A program made the position numbers and the translations under genes. The notes below the pieces were generated by a model. The model ran no database searches. It saw nothing but the letters and a program-made list of their open reading frames with translations, and was not told the DNA's origin. Shown here piece after piece: positions 1 through 9,256 of a DNA stretch of 64,000 nt. Origin of the DNA: Patescibacteria group bacterium (lineage in GTDB: Bacteria; Patescibacteriota; JAQUNI01); NCBI GenBank assembly GCA_028717685.1, contig JAQUNI010000002.1, positions 71,903 through 135,902 on the forward strand. The letters are read 5' to 3'. How positions within the stretch are numbered: the stretch's first letter is position 1; every line of letters begins with the position of its first letter.

Positions 1-1407
1 GAAAAATTAGGTGAAAGGGATTTGGAGGATCTTTTGAGAAGACCATATTTAATTAAGCATTTTCGCAGAACAGAGATTTTGATTATTGATGAGATTTCAA
101 TGCTGCATAGTTTTCAGTTTGATTTGGTAGATCAGATTTGTCGGGCGTTCAAAGAGAATGATGAACCTTTCGGCGGCATGCAGGTTGTTTGTTCGGGCGA
201 TTTTTTTCAGTTGCCGCCTGTGCAAAAAATAGGAAAAGCCGCGAAATTCATTACGGAATCCGATGTCTGGCCAAAGATGGACATTAAGGTTTGTTATCTG
301 GAAGAACAACATCGCCATAAGGACGTTGACCTTCTTTCTTTGCTTGGACATATTCGCGATAATAATTTAAAAGAATCGCATAAAATATTATCCAGCAAAC
401 AGCTCGGAAAGACAGTTTTTTCTTTATCGCCGCCCAAGCTTTATACCCATAACGCGGATGTGGACGTGATTAACAATATGGAGTTAACCAAGATTCCGGG
501 GAAGGAGTTTGCCTATTCAATGCGGGGAAGCGGTCCGAAAAAGTTAGTGCAAGCTTTGCAAGCGGGGTGCCTCGCGCCGGAGCGGTTAAGGCTAAAAAAT
601 GGCGCGAAGGTGATGTTTGTGAAAAATAATTTTGAAAAGGGATATGTGAATGGAACATTGGGTAAAATAATTGGCTTTGATGAACATAAATTTCCGATTG
701 TTGAAACTTGCGCGGGCAAAATGGTAATTGCCTTGCCGGCGAGTTGGACTATTGAAGAGGACGGAAAGGAAAGAGCGGCAATTTATCAATTGCCCCTGCG
801 CTTGGCCTGGGCAATCACGGTGCATAAAAGCCAAGGCATGACCTTGGACGCGGCGGAGGTTGACCTTTCCAAATCTTTCGTGGAAGGGATGGGCTATGTC
901 GCTCTTTCGCGGGTGCGGTCTTTTGACGGCCTCAAATTGTTAGGGATCAATGATCTAGCGCTTCAAGTGAATAAGGAAGTTTTAAGCTTGGATAAAAATT
1001 TAAGGCAGATATCGCGAGAGGCGATGGTTTCTTTACGGGAAGAAATAAACCAAAGAATGAAGTTGAAAGATGACGAGATTGAAGAGGATATTAAAAAGGA
1101 GAATAAAGGTCATCTTTCAACTTACGAGAAAACTAGAATGTTGGTGGCGGAAAGATTGCCGCTGGAAGAGATTGCTTCAAGACGCGGTTTGAAACAAGAG
1201 ACTATCGTGAGCCATTTAGAGAAGCTAGCGCAAAATAATAAAATTAAGGAAATGAGCTTAGATTATTTAAAATTGCCGGAGAGCCGTTTTGAAATTATCA
1301 AGATTGCTTTTCAGCAAACTGGGGAGATGTATTTAAAGCCGGTGCGTGAAATATTAGGCAAAGATTTTTCTTATCAAGAATTAAGATTAGCGCGCTTATT
1401 TCTATGA
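1..1407 (+). CDS. Pif1-family SF1B DNA helicase with C-terminal HTH domain (5' end lies outside the window)
   Basis: IIDEISM, GDFFQLPPV, LAWAITVHKSQGMTL and YVALSR motifs; C-terminal IASRRGLKQETIVSHL HTH; Walker A not in window. Confidence 0.9.
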   Translation, partial: EKLGERDLEDLLRRPYLIKHFRRTEILIIDEISMLHSFQFDLVDQICRAFKENDEPFGGMQVVCSGDFFQLPPVQKIGKAAKFITESDVWPKMDIKVCYLEEQHRHKDVDLLSLLGHIRDNNLKESHKILSSKQLGKTVFSLSPPKLYTHNADVDVINNMELTKIPGKEFAYSMRGSGPKKLVQALQAGCLAPERLRLKNGAKVMFVKNNFEKGYVNGTLGKIIGFDEHKFPIVETCAGKMVIALPASWTIEEDGKERAAIYQLPLRLAWAITVHKSQGMTLDAAEVDLSKSFVEGMGYVALSRVRSFDGLKLLGINDLALQVNKEVLSLDKNLRQISREAMVSLREEINQRMKLKDDEIEEDIKKENKGHLSTYEKTRMLVAERLPLEEIASRRGLKQETIVSHLEKLAQNNKIKEMSLDYLKLPESRFEIIKIAFQQTGEMYLKPVREILGKDFSYQELRLARLFL

Positions 1408-1625
1408 CCATTTCCTGCAAAGTTATTCCTAACGCCAAGCAGAATAAAATAGCCGTTCTTTCAGACGGTTGTTTTAAGACTTATTTAACCGTGCCAGCAG
1501 TGGAAGGTAAGGCGAATAAAGCCTTAATCAAGATTCTGGCGGATTGTTTTGACGTGGCAAAGGGTAAAATCCAGATTATGCGCGGGGAAAGGGGAAGGAA
1601 CAAAATTGTTCGGGTTCAAAAATAG
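1404..1625 (+). CDS. DUF167 (YggU-like) protein
   Basis: KVIPNAKQ...PAVEGKANKALI...G.RGRNK pattern; ATGA overlap with helicase stop. Confidence 0.85.
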   Translation: MTISCKVIPNAKQNKIAVLSDGCFKTYLTVPAVEGKANKALIKILADCFDVAKGKIQIMRGERGRNKIVRVQK

Positions 1626-1742
1626 GAGAGATGGGTTTGTGAAGTCTTCATGGGGGTAGTGAGCAGAGACACGAAGTTTTGATATCTCTACATATTTTTT
1701 AAAAAATGTTATAATAAAATTAAGCCATTAAATTTCATTTTT

Positions 1743-2408
1743 ATGCCTTTAGATCAAAACCAAAATCAGGATAAAACATCTGCTCTCCCTGCTTCACCCC
1801 AAACTTTGCAAGAAGTTAGTGAGCAGAGATTAAAAAAACAAGCTCTTGAGGGGCAAAAAATAGCTGAGGGGGGCGCATCCGAACCCCAAAGCCCGCCCGA
1901 GATAAAACCCGAGTTTGAACAATTATCAGAGAGAAAGGCAATAACATCTCCTCCTCCGTCTCCAGAGGAGGCGCAAGCTGCACCCGCAGAGCATCCTTTA
2001 GTAACCATTCAAAGGGAAAAGGCGCGCCGCGCTTTAGAGGAACAAAATGCCGCCGTGGAAAAATTGGAAATGGCGCGGGAAGCAGTCCAGGGCACGCAGG
2101 AAGAAATTGAAAAGGAAAGTGAAAAGACTGCCGCGAAAGCGGAATTATCCGCGGAAAGAATAGAGAAAGGAAGGCCGCAGGGCGTGGAAGCGGCGCGGCA
2201 AACGCAAACCGCGGCAGGCAAGGCAGAAGAAGCGGCAAAAGACTTAAAGCAAGAAGCACGGGAAGCGGTCGCAGAGCAAAAAGAGGTAGCGGGCGCAGAA
2301 AAGAAAGCGCAGGTTGAAGTGCAAAAATTTAAACAATTACAACGTTTGGATCCTTATGCTCAAAAAGATGCTTTAAGCCAGGGTCGTGGGGAAAAGAAAG
2401 CGGCATGA
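1743..2408 (+). CDS. Hypothetical Ala/Glu/Lys-rich coiled-coil protein
   Basis: 221-aa ORF, TATAAT at 1710-1715 upstream, low-complexity helical composition. Confidence 0.7.
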   Translation: MPLDQNQNQDKTSALPASPQTLQEVSEQRLKKQALEGQKIAEGGASEPQSPPEIKPEFEQLSERKAITSPPPSPEEAQAAPAEHPLVTIQREKARRALEEQNAAVEKLEMAREAVQGTQEEIEKESEKTAAKAELSAERIEKGRPQGVEAARQTQTAAGKAEEAAKDLKQEAREAVAEQKEVAGAEKKAQVEVQKFKQLQRLDPYAQKDALSQGRGEKKAA

Positions 2409-2413
2409 AAATC

Positions 2414-2867
2414 GTGTAACTTATAACTTGTAACTTATAACCCAAGAGAGAATGGAACGGACAAATCAATTTCATCAGGAATTAAAGAAGTTTATGGATA
2501 TTTATGCAAATAAAGTTTATGATTATACTCAAGATTTCCCTAAGATAGAGCAATTTGGTTTAACATCGCAGTTACGGAGAGCGGCTTTGTCTGTGATCCT
2601 GAATTATATAGAAGGTTATGCCCGACAGAGCAGAAATACTTTAAGGAACTTTTTAGAAATTTCATATGGATCATTAAAAGAAAGTAAGTATCTTATCTAT
2701 TTTTCTCATCACAGGCAATATTTAAATAAAGAGCAATATTGTGAACTAATTAATCTGGCTGAAAAAATAGGAGCAATGCTTTGGGGGATAATTTCAAAAC
2801 TCAAAGTTCATCGCCCGTAATGTGTTTTATAAATCTTGAGTTACACGTTACACGTTACACGTTACGC
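2414..2867. repeat. Inverted heptamer tandem arrays flanking the four-helix-bundle gene
   Basis: gtgtaac-ttataac-ttgtaac-ttataac (2414-2441) versus (gttacac)x3-gttacgc (2840-2867). Confidence 0.85.
2452..2820 (+). CDS. Four-helix-bundle protein (TIGR02436 / 23S IVP-like family)
   Basis: FPKIEQFGLTSQLRRAALSVILNYIEG...SYGSLKE signature. Confidence 0.9.
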   Translation: MERTNQFHQELKKFMDIYANKVYDYTQDFPKIEQFGLTSQLRRAALSVILNYIEGYARQSRNTLRNFLEISYGSLKESKYLIYFSHHRQYLNKEQYCELINLAEKIGAMLWGIISKLKVHRP

Positions 2868-2874
2868 TATCTTT

Positions 2875-5397
2875 ATGAATGAAACTAATTTTTCCATCAT
2901 CTATCTTTTATGTGGGATGCTTTTTGTTCTATTGCTTATTTTGATTGCTTATTTTTTGATATTGAGCCAGCGTAAGAAATCCAAAGTGCCTAAGGCTTTC
3001 CAAACAACTTTGTTTTCAATTCGGGTGCCCAAAGAAATAGGCAAGGGGGAGAAAGAGGAAAAACAGGAAGAGAAGGAATTGATCGCGGTGGCGGAACAAG
3101 TGTTCGCCGGCTTCGCGCAACTCAATCGCATGAAAAAAGCCAAGCTTTGGGAGGAAAAAGATTTTGTTTCCTTGGAAATTGTGGCGCATCATAATGAAAC
3201 AAGTTTTTACGTTTGCTGTCCGAATAATCTGGTGGGGCTCGTGGAAAAACAAATCCAGGCGGCTTATCCCAGAGCCGAACTGGAAGAGATGAAGGAATAC
3301 AATTTTTATACTCCCGAGAGTGTGGTGCTCGCGACGAATATGGTTTTGGCGCGCGAAAACGTTTTTCCAATCAAGACTTACAAATACTTGGAAAATGATC
3401 CCCTTTCGGCTCTTGCTAATGCTTTAAGTAAGATGGGAGACCAAGAAGGAGGGGGTATAGAATTGATGATTCGTCCCGCTCCCAAAGGCTGGCAGACCAA
3501 GGGTCTTTCCGCGGCGCGCAAGATTCAGCAGGGCGTGAAAACCGCGGAGGCGGTGGGCGCGAAGGGCGTGGCAGGGAAGCTCGCACGCTTTGCCGGCGAG
3601 GTGGTGACGACAGCGGTTCAAGGAGCCGAGAAGAAGAAAAGAGCGCCGGAAGTGGAAGGGGAAAAACAGATTGAAGCGCCGCCTTCCTTAACCCCCCTGC
3701 AGCAGGAAACGGTAAAGCTTTTGGAAGAGAAAGCGAACAAGGTCGCTTTTGAAACCAATATTCGCTTGGCGGCCGCGAGTCCCACGCGCGAGCAAGCCGA
3801 GATTAAATTGTCCAATTTAATTAACGCTTTCCAGCAGTTTACTTACCCCGAATATAATAGTTTCAAGCCAGATAAGAATAAAAAATGGAGCGCCAAAAAA
3901 ACGATTACTAATTTTAACTTTCGTTTTTTTGATGAGGAAAAAGCGAGCATTTTAAATACCGAGGAGCTGGCGAGCATTTTTCATTTGCCTACGGCTTACA
4001 CCGAAACGCCAGAAGTGAAATGGCTTACCGCCAAGAAGGGCGAGGCGCCCGCCAATCTGCCCCAAGAAGGGATTGTGATTGGCAAGAATGTTTTTCGGGG
4101 CGTGGAGAGATTGGTGCGGATTCAAAGAGAAGATCGGCGCCGCCATTTGTATATTATTGGTCAGACCGGAACGGGCAAAACCACCTTGCTTAAAAATATG
4201 GTGGCGCAGGATTTGCAAAGCGGCGAGGGTGTTTGCGTGGTGGATCCCCATGGCGAACTCATTGAAGAATTATTAGGTCTTATGCCGAGAAACAGAGCAG
4301 AAGATGTCGTGGTTTTTGACCCGGGAGATATTGACCGCCCTTTAGGGCTTAATATGTTGGAGTACAACACGCCCGAACAGAAGGACTTTGTAGTTTCCGA
4401 GATGATTGCTATTTTCCATAAGCTTTTTCCGCCGGAGATTGTGGGTCCGATGTTTGAGCACAATATGCGCAATGTGATGCTGACCTTGATGGCGGATCCG
4501 GACAATCCAGGGACGATTACCGAGATTCCGCGGATGTTCACTGATCCGGAATATCAAAAATACAAGATCGCGAAAGTGACGGATACGGTGGTGCGCGATT
4601 TTTGGGAGAAGGAAATGGCAAAGACCACGGATTTTCATAAATCCGAAATGTTGGGCTATCTAATTTCCAAGATTGGGCAGTTTGTGGAGAATACGATGAT
4701 GCGCAATATTATCGGTCAGCAGCGCTCCGCCTTCAATCTCCGCGAGATTATGGACTCCGGCAAAATTTTACTCGTTAATCTGTCTAAAGGCAAAACCGGC
4801 GAGATTAATTCTTCGTTGCTCGGTCTCATCATTGTTTCTAAAATTCAGATGGCGGCAATGGGGCGGGTGGATATCCCCGAGGAAGAGCGGCGCGATTTTT
4901 ATCTTTACATTGATGAGTTCCAAAATTTCACCACGGATAGTATTATGACGATTTTGTCCGAAGCCCGCAAATACCGCCTGAATTTAACCCTCGCCAATCA
5001 ATATATCGCCCAGCTTCCGGAACAGATTCGCGACGCGGTTTTTGGCAATGTCGGCAGCCTTGCTTCTTTCCGGATCGGACCCAATGACGCCGAGTTTGTG
5101 GAAAAACAAACCGAGCCGGTTTTTTCTGCCCACGATTTAATCAATCTTGGCCAATTCCAAACCTATTTGAAACTTACTATAAATAATACGCCTTCCAAAG
5201 CCTTTAGTATGCAGACCTTGCCGCCCGAGCAAAAGCCTGACCGCGATTTGGCGCAAAGAATAAAAAATTTATCGCGCTTGAAATACGGCAAGGAGCGCGC
5301 GGAAGTGGAAGCGAAGACTATGGAGCAGCTTCAGCCGGAAATGGAACCAGGAAGTGGGGACCAGGAATCAGGAGGAATTATTAATTCTTCTGTTTAA
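2875..5397 (+). CDS. Membrane-anchored VirD4/TraG/HerA-like ATPase (CPR type IV secretion DNA-binding-domain protein)
   Basis: N-terminal TM; HLYIIGQTGTGKT Walker A; VVDPHGEL; YIDEFQNF; SEARKY. ATG 2875 preferred because the 2836 extension is translated heptamer repeat. Confidence 0.85.
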   Translation: MNETNFSIIYLLCGMLFVLLLILIAYFLILSQRKKSKVPKAFQTTLFSIRVPKEIGKGEKEEKQEEKELIAVAEQVFAGFAQLNRMKKAKLWEEKDFVSLEIVAHHNETSFYVCCPNNLVGLVEKQIQAAYPRAELEEMKEYNFYTPESVVLATNMVLARENVFPIKTYKYLENDPLSALANALSKMGDQEGGGIELMIRPAPKGWQTKGLSAARKIQQGVKTAEAVGAKGVAGKLARFAGEVVTTAVQGAEKKKRAPEVEGEKQIEAPPSLTPLQQETVKLLEEKANKVAFETNIRLAAASPTREQAEIKLSNLINAFQQFTYPEYNSFKPDKNKKWSAKKTITNFNFRFFDEEKASILNTEELASIFHLPTAYTETPEVKWLTAKKGEAPANLPQEGIVIGKNVFRGVERLVRIQREDRRRHLYIIGQTGTGKTTLLKNMVAQDLQSGEGVCVVDPHGELIEELLGLMPRNRAEDVVVFDPGDIDRPLGLNMLEYNTPEQKDFVVSEMIAIFHKLFPPEIVGPMFEHNMRNVMLTLMADPDNPGTITEIPRMFTDPEYQKYKIAKVTDTVVRDFWEKEMAKTTDFHKSEMLGYLISKIGQFVENTMMRNIIGQQRSAFNLREIMDSGKILLVNLSKGKTGEINSSLLGLIIVSKIQMAAMGRVDIPEEERRDFYLYIDEFQNFTTDSIMTILSEARKYRLNLTLANQYIAQLPEQIRDAVFGNVGSLASFRIGPNDAEFVEKQTEPVFSAHDLINLGQFQTYLKLTINNTPSKAFSMQTLPPEQKPDRDLAQRIKNLSRLKYGKERAEVEAKTMEQLQPEMEPGSGDQESGGIINSSV

Positions 5398-5449
5398 GTT
5401 TTGGCGTTAATTTTTTACCAACATCGTATTTAATAGATCTGCTATATTT

Positions 5450-6910
5450 TTGACTTTTTGTTTGAGTATCATCGGAGGCATATTTGTTGGTGGGTTAATA
5501 CAGGATTTGAGTGGAGATATAATATGTATTATATTGATTGGCTTGGCAGTTTTAGGAATAATTATCACCAGCGTTTTCTGGTCTGAAAGACTAGGGAAAA
5601 TAATAGGACTCGCGATCCTATTTTTTGTTCTGGGCGTATGGCGCTTTGAGATGAGCGCGCCCGAAATTAACGCCGCGCACATTGCTTATTATAATAATCA
5701 GGAAGAAATGAGCTTTTTGGGTATAGTCAATAAAGAGCCAGACGCGCGGGACATAAATACCAAGCTCACAGTGGAAGCCGTGGGCAATTATCAAGGCAAG
5801 ATACTGGTAACAGTTCTAAATTATCCCCAATACCATTACGGGGATAAACTAAAAATCACCTGCAAATTGCAAACCCCAAAAGAGGAAGAAGATTTTTCTT
5901 ACAAAAATTATTTAAGCCTTTTTGGCATTTATTCGGTTTGCTATCCAAAAGAGGGGGGAGTGCAATTACTGTCTTTCAATAACGGCAATTTTATTTACGC
6001 AGCCATTTTGAAACTAAAAGCAGAAACCAGCAATGTGATTAGCAAAATTTTGCCAGAACCGCAAGCATCATTGTTAGCCGGATTAACCTTGGGCGTGCGA
6101 GGTAATTTTCCGCAAAAAGTTTTGGATGATTTTTCCCGCGTGGGTATAACCCATATCATCGCTGTTTCCGGTTTTAACATCACCTTAATTTCTACGATAG
6201 TGATGTCTATCCTTTTAACCTTAGGTTTATGGCGGAAGCATGCTTTTTATTTCGCGGTTTTGTTTTTGATTTTGTATGTCATCTTGGTCGGCGCGCCCGC
6301 TTCTGCGGTAAGGGCGGGGGTAATGGGATTTCTGTTTTTATTGGCGCAACGTTTGGGTCGCCTGAATTATTCCGCCAACGCGATTGTTTTTGCCGCGGCG
6401 GCGATGCTTGCCATTAATCCCAGGCTATTGCCTTATGATGTCGGCTTCCAGCTTTCCTTCGCGGCGATTCTGGGACTTGTTTATGTTTATCCAATTTTTG
6501 TAAAATGGTTCGCGAAATTACCAGAACTTGGCTTGATTAAAAATATCGTCTTGCTTACCCTTGCCGCCCAAGTCGCCACCTTGCCTTTATTGATGTTTCA
6601 TTTCAGCAAGCTTTCATTAATTTCTCCGATTGCTAACATTTTGGTTGTTCCCTTTATTCCCTTAATTACAATTTTAGGTTTCTGCGGCATTATTTTCGGT
6701 TTTGTTTATTGGCTATTTGGCTGGATATTTAGTTGGCTCATCTGGCCGTTTCTAACCTTGATTCTTAAAGTCAGTGATTATCTAGCTCAAATTCCTTATA
6801 GCTTTTTAGAATTAAAGATGCAATGGTGGATGGTGGTCATTTATTATTTAGTTTTAATAGGATTTTTGGTTTGGTATAATAAGATTGGAATTAGGAAGCA
6901 GGAATTATGA
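5450..6910 (+). CDS. comEC: ComEC/Rec2 competence channel (membrane and OB domains)
   Basis: GITHIIAVSGFN, SAVRAGVM and GFQLSF motifs; many TM helices; exact start uncertain. Confidence 0.9.
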   Translation: MTFCLSIIGGIFVGGLIQDLSGDIICIILIGLAVLGIIITSVFWSERLGKIIGLAILFFVLGVWRFEMSAPEINAAHIAYYNNQEEMSFLGIVNKEPDARDINTKLTVEAVGNYQGKILVTVLNYPQYHYGDKLKITCKLQTPKEEEDFSYKNYLSLFGIYSVCYPKEGGVQLLSFNNGNFIYAAILKLKAETSNVISKILPEPQASLLAGLTLGVRGNFPQKVLDDFSRVGITHIIAVSGFNITLISTIVMSILLTLGLWRKHAFYFAVLFLILYVILVGAPASAVRAGVMGFLFLLAQRLGRLNYSANAIVFAAAAMLAINPRLLPYDVGFQLSFAAILGLVYVYPIFVKWFAKLPELGLIKNIVLLTLAAQVATLPLLMFHFSKLSLISPIANILVVPFIPLITILGFCGIIFGFVYWLFGWIFSWLIWPFLTLILKVSDYLAQIPYSFLELKMQWWMVVIYYLVLIGFLVWYNKIGIRKQEL

Positions 6911-6999
6911 ATCAGGGAGTTCCTCCCCTTTGTAGGGGGAGAGATTTCGGAGGGGCTCATTCCTGATTCCTGATTCATTATTCCTAATTCTATTTTTAA

Positions 7000-7824
7000 A
7001 TGTTGTTTCAAAGATATAAATATTATATCCTCGGATTTTTAGCTGTGCTTGCTATACTTGGTTGGTGGGCAGTTTTGGAGGTGAAAAAGCCCGCGCAATT
7101 TCAGGTTGTCTTTTTTGACGTGGGACAGGGAGACAGTATTTTTATTGAAGATGAAGAGCGGCATCAAATCCTAATTGACGGGGGCGAAGGGAAGGCGGTT
7201 TTAGCAAAACTTGGTAAAGCAATGCCGTTCTTTGACCGTTCATTAGACGCGGTTATCCTTACGCATCCGAATAGAGACCATTTGGGGGGCTTGATAGAAG
7301 TTTTAGAAAGGTACAAAGTGGACAGGGTAATTTATAATGGCGTGGAAAGCGACGATGAATATTACAAAAGATTTAAAGAGATTATCGCCAAGAAAAATAT
7401 CGCAGTTTCATTTCCGCGCTATGGCGAGCATATTATACTCGCCAATAACACCCGTCTTGATTTCTTGTTTCCCTTGGAAGGTTTGAGGGATAAAAAGGTG
7501 AAAGATTTGAATAATACTTCCATTATTTGCCGTCTAGCGCGCGGAGAGAAGGAATATCTCTTGATGGGCGACGCGGGACTAGACGAGGAAGCGGAGTTGA
7601 TTTCTAATAATGTATATCTCAAATCCGATGTTTTAAAAGTAGGACATCATGGCTCAAAGAATTCCACAAGCGAAAATTTTTTGAAAGCCGTTGAACCGCA
7701 AGCCGCGATTATCTCCGTTGGCAAAAATACATATGGTCATCCGAACGAGGCTATTTTAGAAAGGCTTCAGGATTTGGGGACTCAAATTTTGAGGACAGAT
7801 GAAAGAGGGGATATCAGTTATTAA
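7000..7824 (+). CDS. ComEC-type metallo-beta-lactamase-fold nuclease domain encoded as a separate gene
   Basis: FDVGQGDS, LTHPNRDHLGG, LMGD, KVGHHGS, YGHP. Confidence 0.9.
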   Translation: MLFQRYKYYILGFLAVLAILGWWAVLEVKKPAQFQVVFFDVGQGDSIFIEDEERHQILIDGGEGKAVLAKLGKAMPFFDRSLDAVILTHPNRDHLGGLIEVLERYKVDRVIYNGVESDDEYYKRFKEIIAKKNIAVSFPRYGEHIILANNTRLDFLFPLEGLRDKKVKDLNNTSIICRLARGEKEYLLMGDAGLDEEAELISNNVYLKSDVLKVGHHGSKNSTSENFLKAVEPQAAIISVGKNTYGHPNEAILERLQDLGTQILRTDERGDISY

Positions 7825-7846
7825 TTTTTAATTTTAAATTTTCATT

Positions 7847-7960
7847 TGTCATTGCGAGGAGGGCATTTAAGCCCGACGAAGCAATCTCCTAAATCTGTAT
7901 CAATGTAGTTCTATGAGATTGCTTCGTCGTCCGCTTGAGGGCGGACTCCTCGCAATGACA
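7847..7960. repeat. GTCATTGCGAG...GAAGCAATC/GATTGCTTC...CTCGCAATGAC palindromic element, copy 1
   Basis: Terminal inverted repeat tgtcattgcgagga/tcctcgcaatgaca; internal gacgaagcaatctc/gagattgcttcgtc; homolog at 27532-27641. Confidence 0.9.
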
Positions 7961-8390
7961 GAATTCAATGTCAATGACTAATTTTAAAACATTACAACCA
8001 AGCGGGATATTTTTAAAATTTTATTTATTGCACTTTATAGGCTATAGTATTAGTGTAATTCGACTGGCTATTTATTAGTATCTTAGTATTGGGGGTGGTA
8101 GAACATTAGTCCTCTTGTTGGTCGTGGGCGCGGTAATACCATCGCTGTTGCTGCCGCGGTCTCTAACACTCGCCATCTATAACAAGTGCCCTAATCAACC
8201 CGTAAAATTTTTCGGGGATATGGTTTTGTGGATGGTCAAAACCATAGAGATTAGGAAGTAGGCTATAAGATGGCTAGATAGAGAGGGGATGAATTTTTTG
8301 TTCATAGTCTCCTCTCCATTTTTTTAATTTTGCTTTTTGTAGTTTTTATGCTAGAATTGAAAAAGATGAATTATTAAATTTTCTAAAATT

Positions 8391-9008
8391 ATGGAGGAAA
8401 AAAATAAGATTAGCGCTGATCATCCGAGCCAAGAGCGCACGGTCGTGATTGTTAAACCCGATGCCGTAGTGCGGGGTTTAGTCGGTGAGATTATTTCCCG
8501 CTTTGAAAAGCGGGGGCTCAAGGTCATTGCCCTGAAGATGGTTTGGCCGACAAGAGAGCACGTGGAAAAGCATTATTCAGGCTCCGAAGAATGGCTCCGC
8601 GGTATGGGTCAAAAAACAATTGACGCCTTTAAAGAGTATGGAATGAATGTTAAAGAAAAAATGGGTACTGATGACTCTTTGGAGATCGGTAAACTTGTCC
8701 AAAAATGGAACGTGAGTTATTTATCTATGGCGCCAGTGGTGGCAATGATTTTAAAAGGGATGCACGCCATTTCCACGGTGCGAAAATTAGTGGGCCATAC
8801 TTTACCGATTTTAGCCCAGCCGGGAACAATCCGCGGCGACTACTCTATTGATACCAACACAGCAGCGAACATTGACCAGCGGGCGATCCACAACATCGTT
8901 CACGCTTCGGGCGATCCCGCCGAAGCGGCACATGAAATTGAACACTGGTTCGCGCCCGAAGAAATTCTTGATTATAAACGGGCAGAGGATGATGTGATGT
9001 TCGCTTAA
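8391..9008 (+). CDS. ndk: Nucleoside diphosphate kinase
   Basis: ERTVVIVKPDAV, PGTIRGDY, NIVHAS (catalytic His); upstream TTGCTT-16-TAGAAT with TGn. Confidence 0.95.
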   Translation: MEEKNKISADHPSQERTVVIVKPDAVVRGLVGEIISRFEKRGLKVIALKMVWPTREHVEKHYSGSEEWLRGMGQKTIDAFKEYGMNVKEKMGTDDSLEIGKLVQKWNVSYLSMAPVVAMILKGMHAISTVRKLVGHTLPILAQPGTIRGDYSIDTNTAANIDQRAIHNIVHASGDPAEAAHEIEHWFAPEEILDYKRAEDDVMFA

Positions 9009-9053
9009 AAAATCATATAACGTGTAACTTATAACTTATAACTCAAGGAAGAG

Positions 9054-9084
9054 AGGCGGGGTTCAATGAAACTCCGCTTTTTTT
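9054..9084 (+). terminator. Rho-independent terminator after ndk
   Basis: aggcggggtt/aactccgctt stem followed by T run. Confidence 0.75.
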
Positions 9085-9256
9085 AATGCTCTTTAGTTTT
9101 AAGATCTTTGCCTTTCTATGTTTGGGCGTCATTACGATATGACGCTTCTTTATTTAATGAAATGAATTTTACAATAAAAACCCCGCGCCAAGATTGACTT
9201 AGAATTTTATAATGAAAAAAGTCGCTAAGTGTTTAGCGACTGTTAGCTTTCTTGTT

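Noticed and set aside
8091-8114. T-box riboswitch (GGGTGGTA...)
   Set aside because: The bulge reads UGGUAGA rather than UGGNACC, no Stem I features were seen, and no adjacent terminator overlaps it
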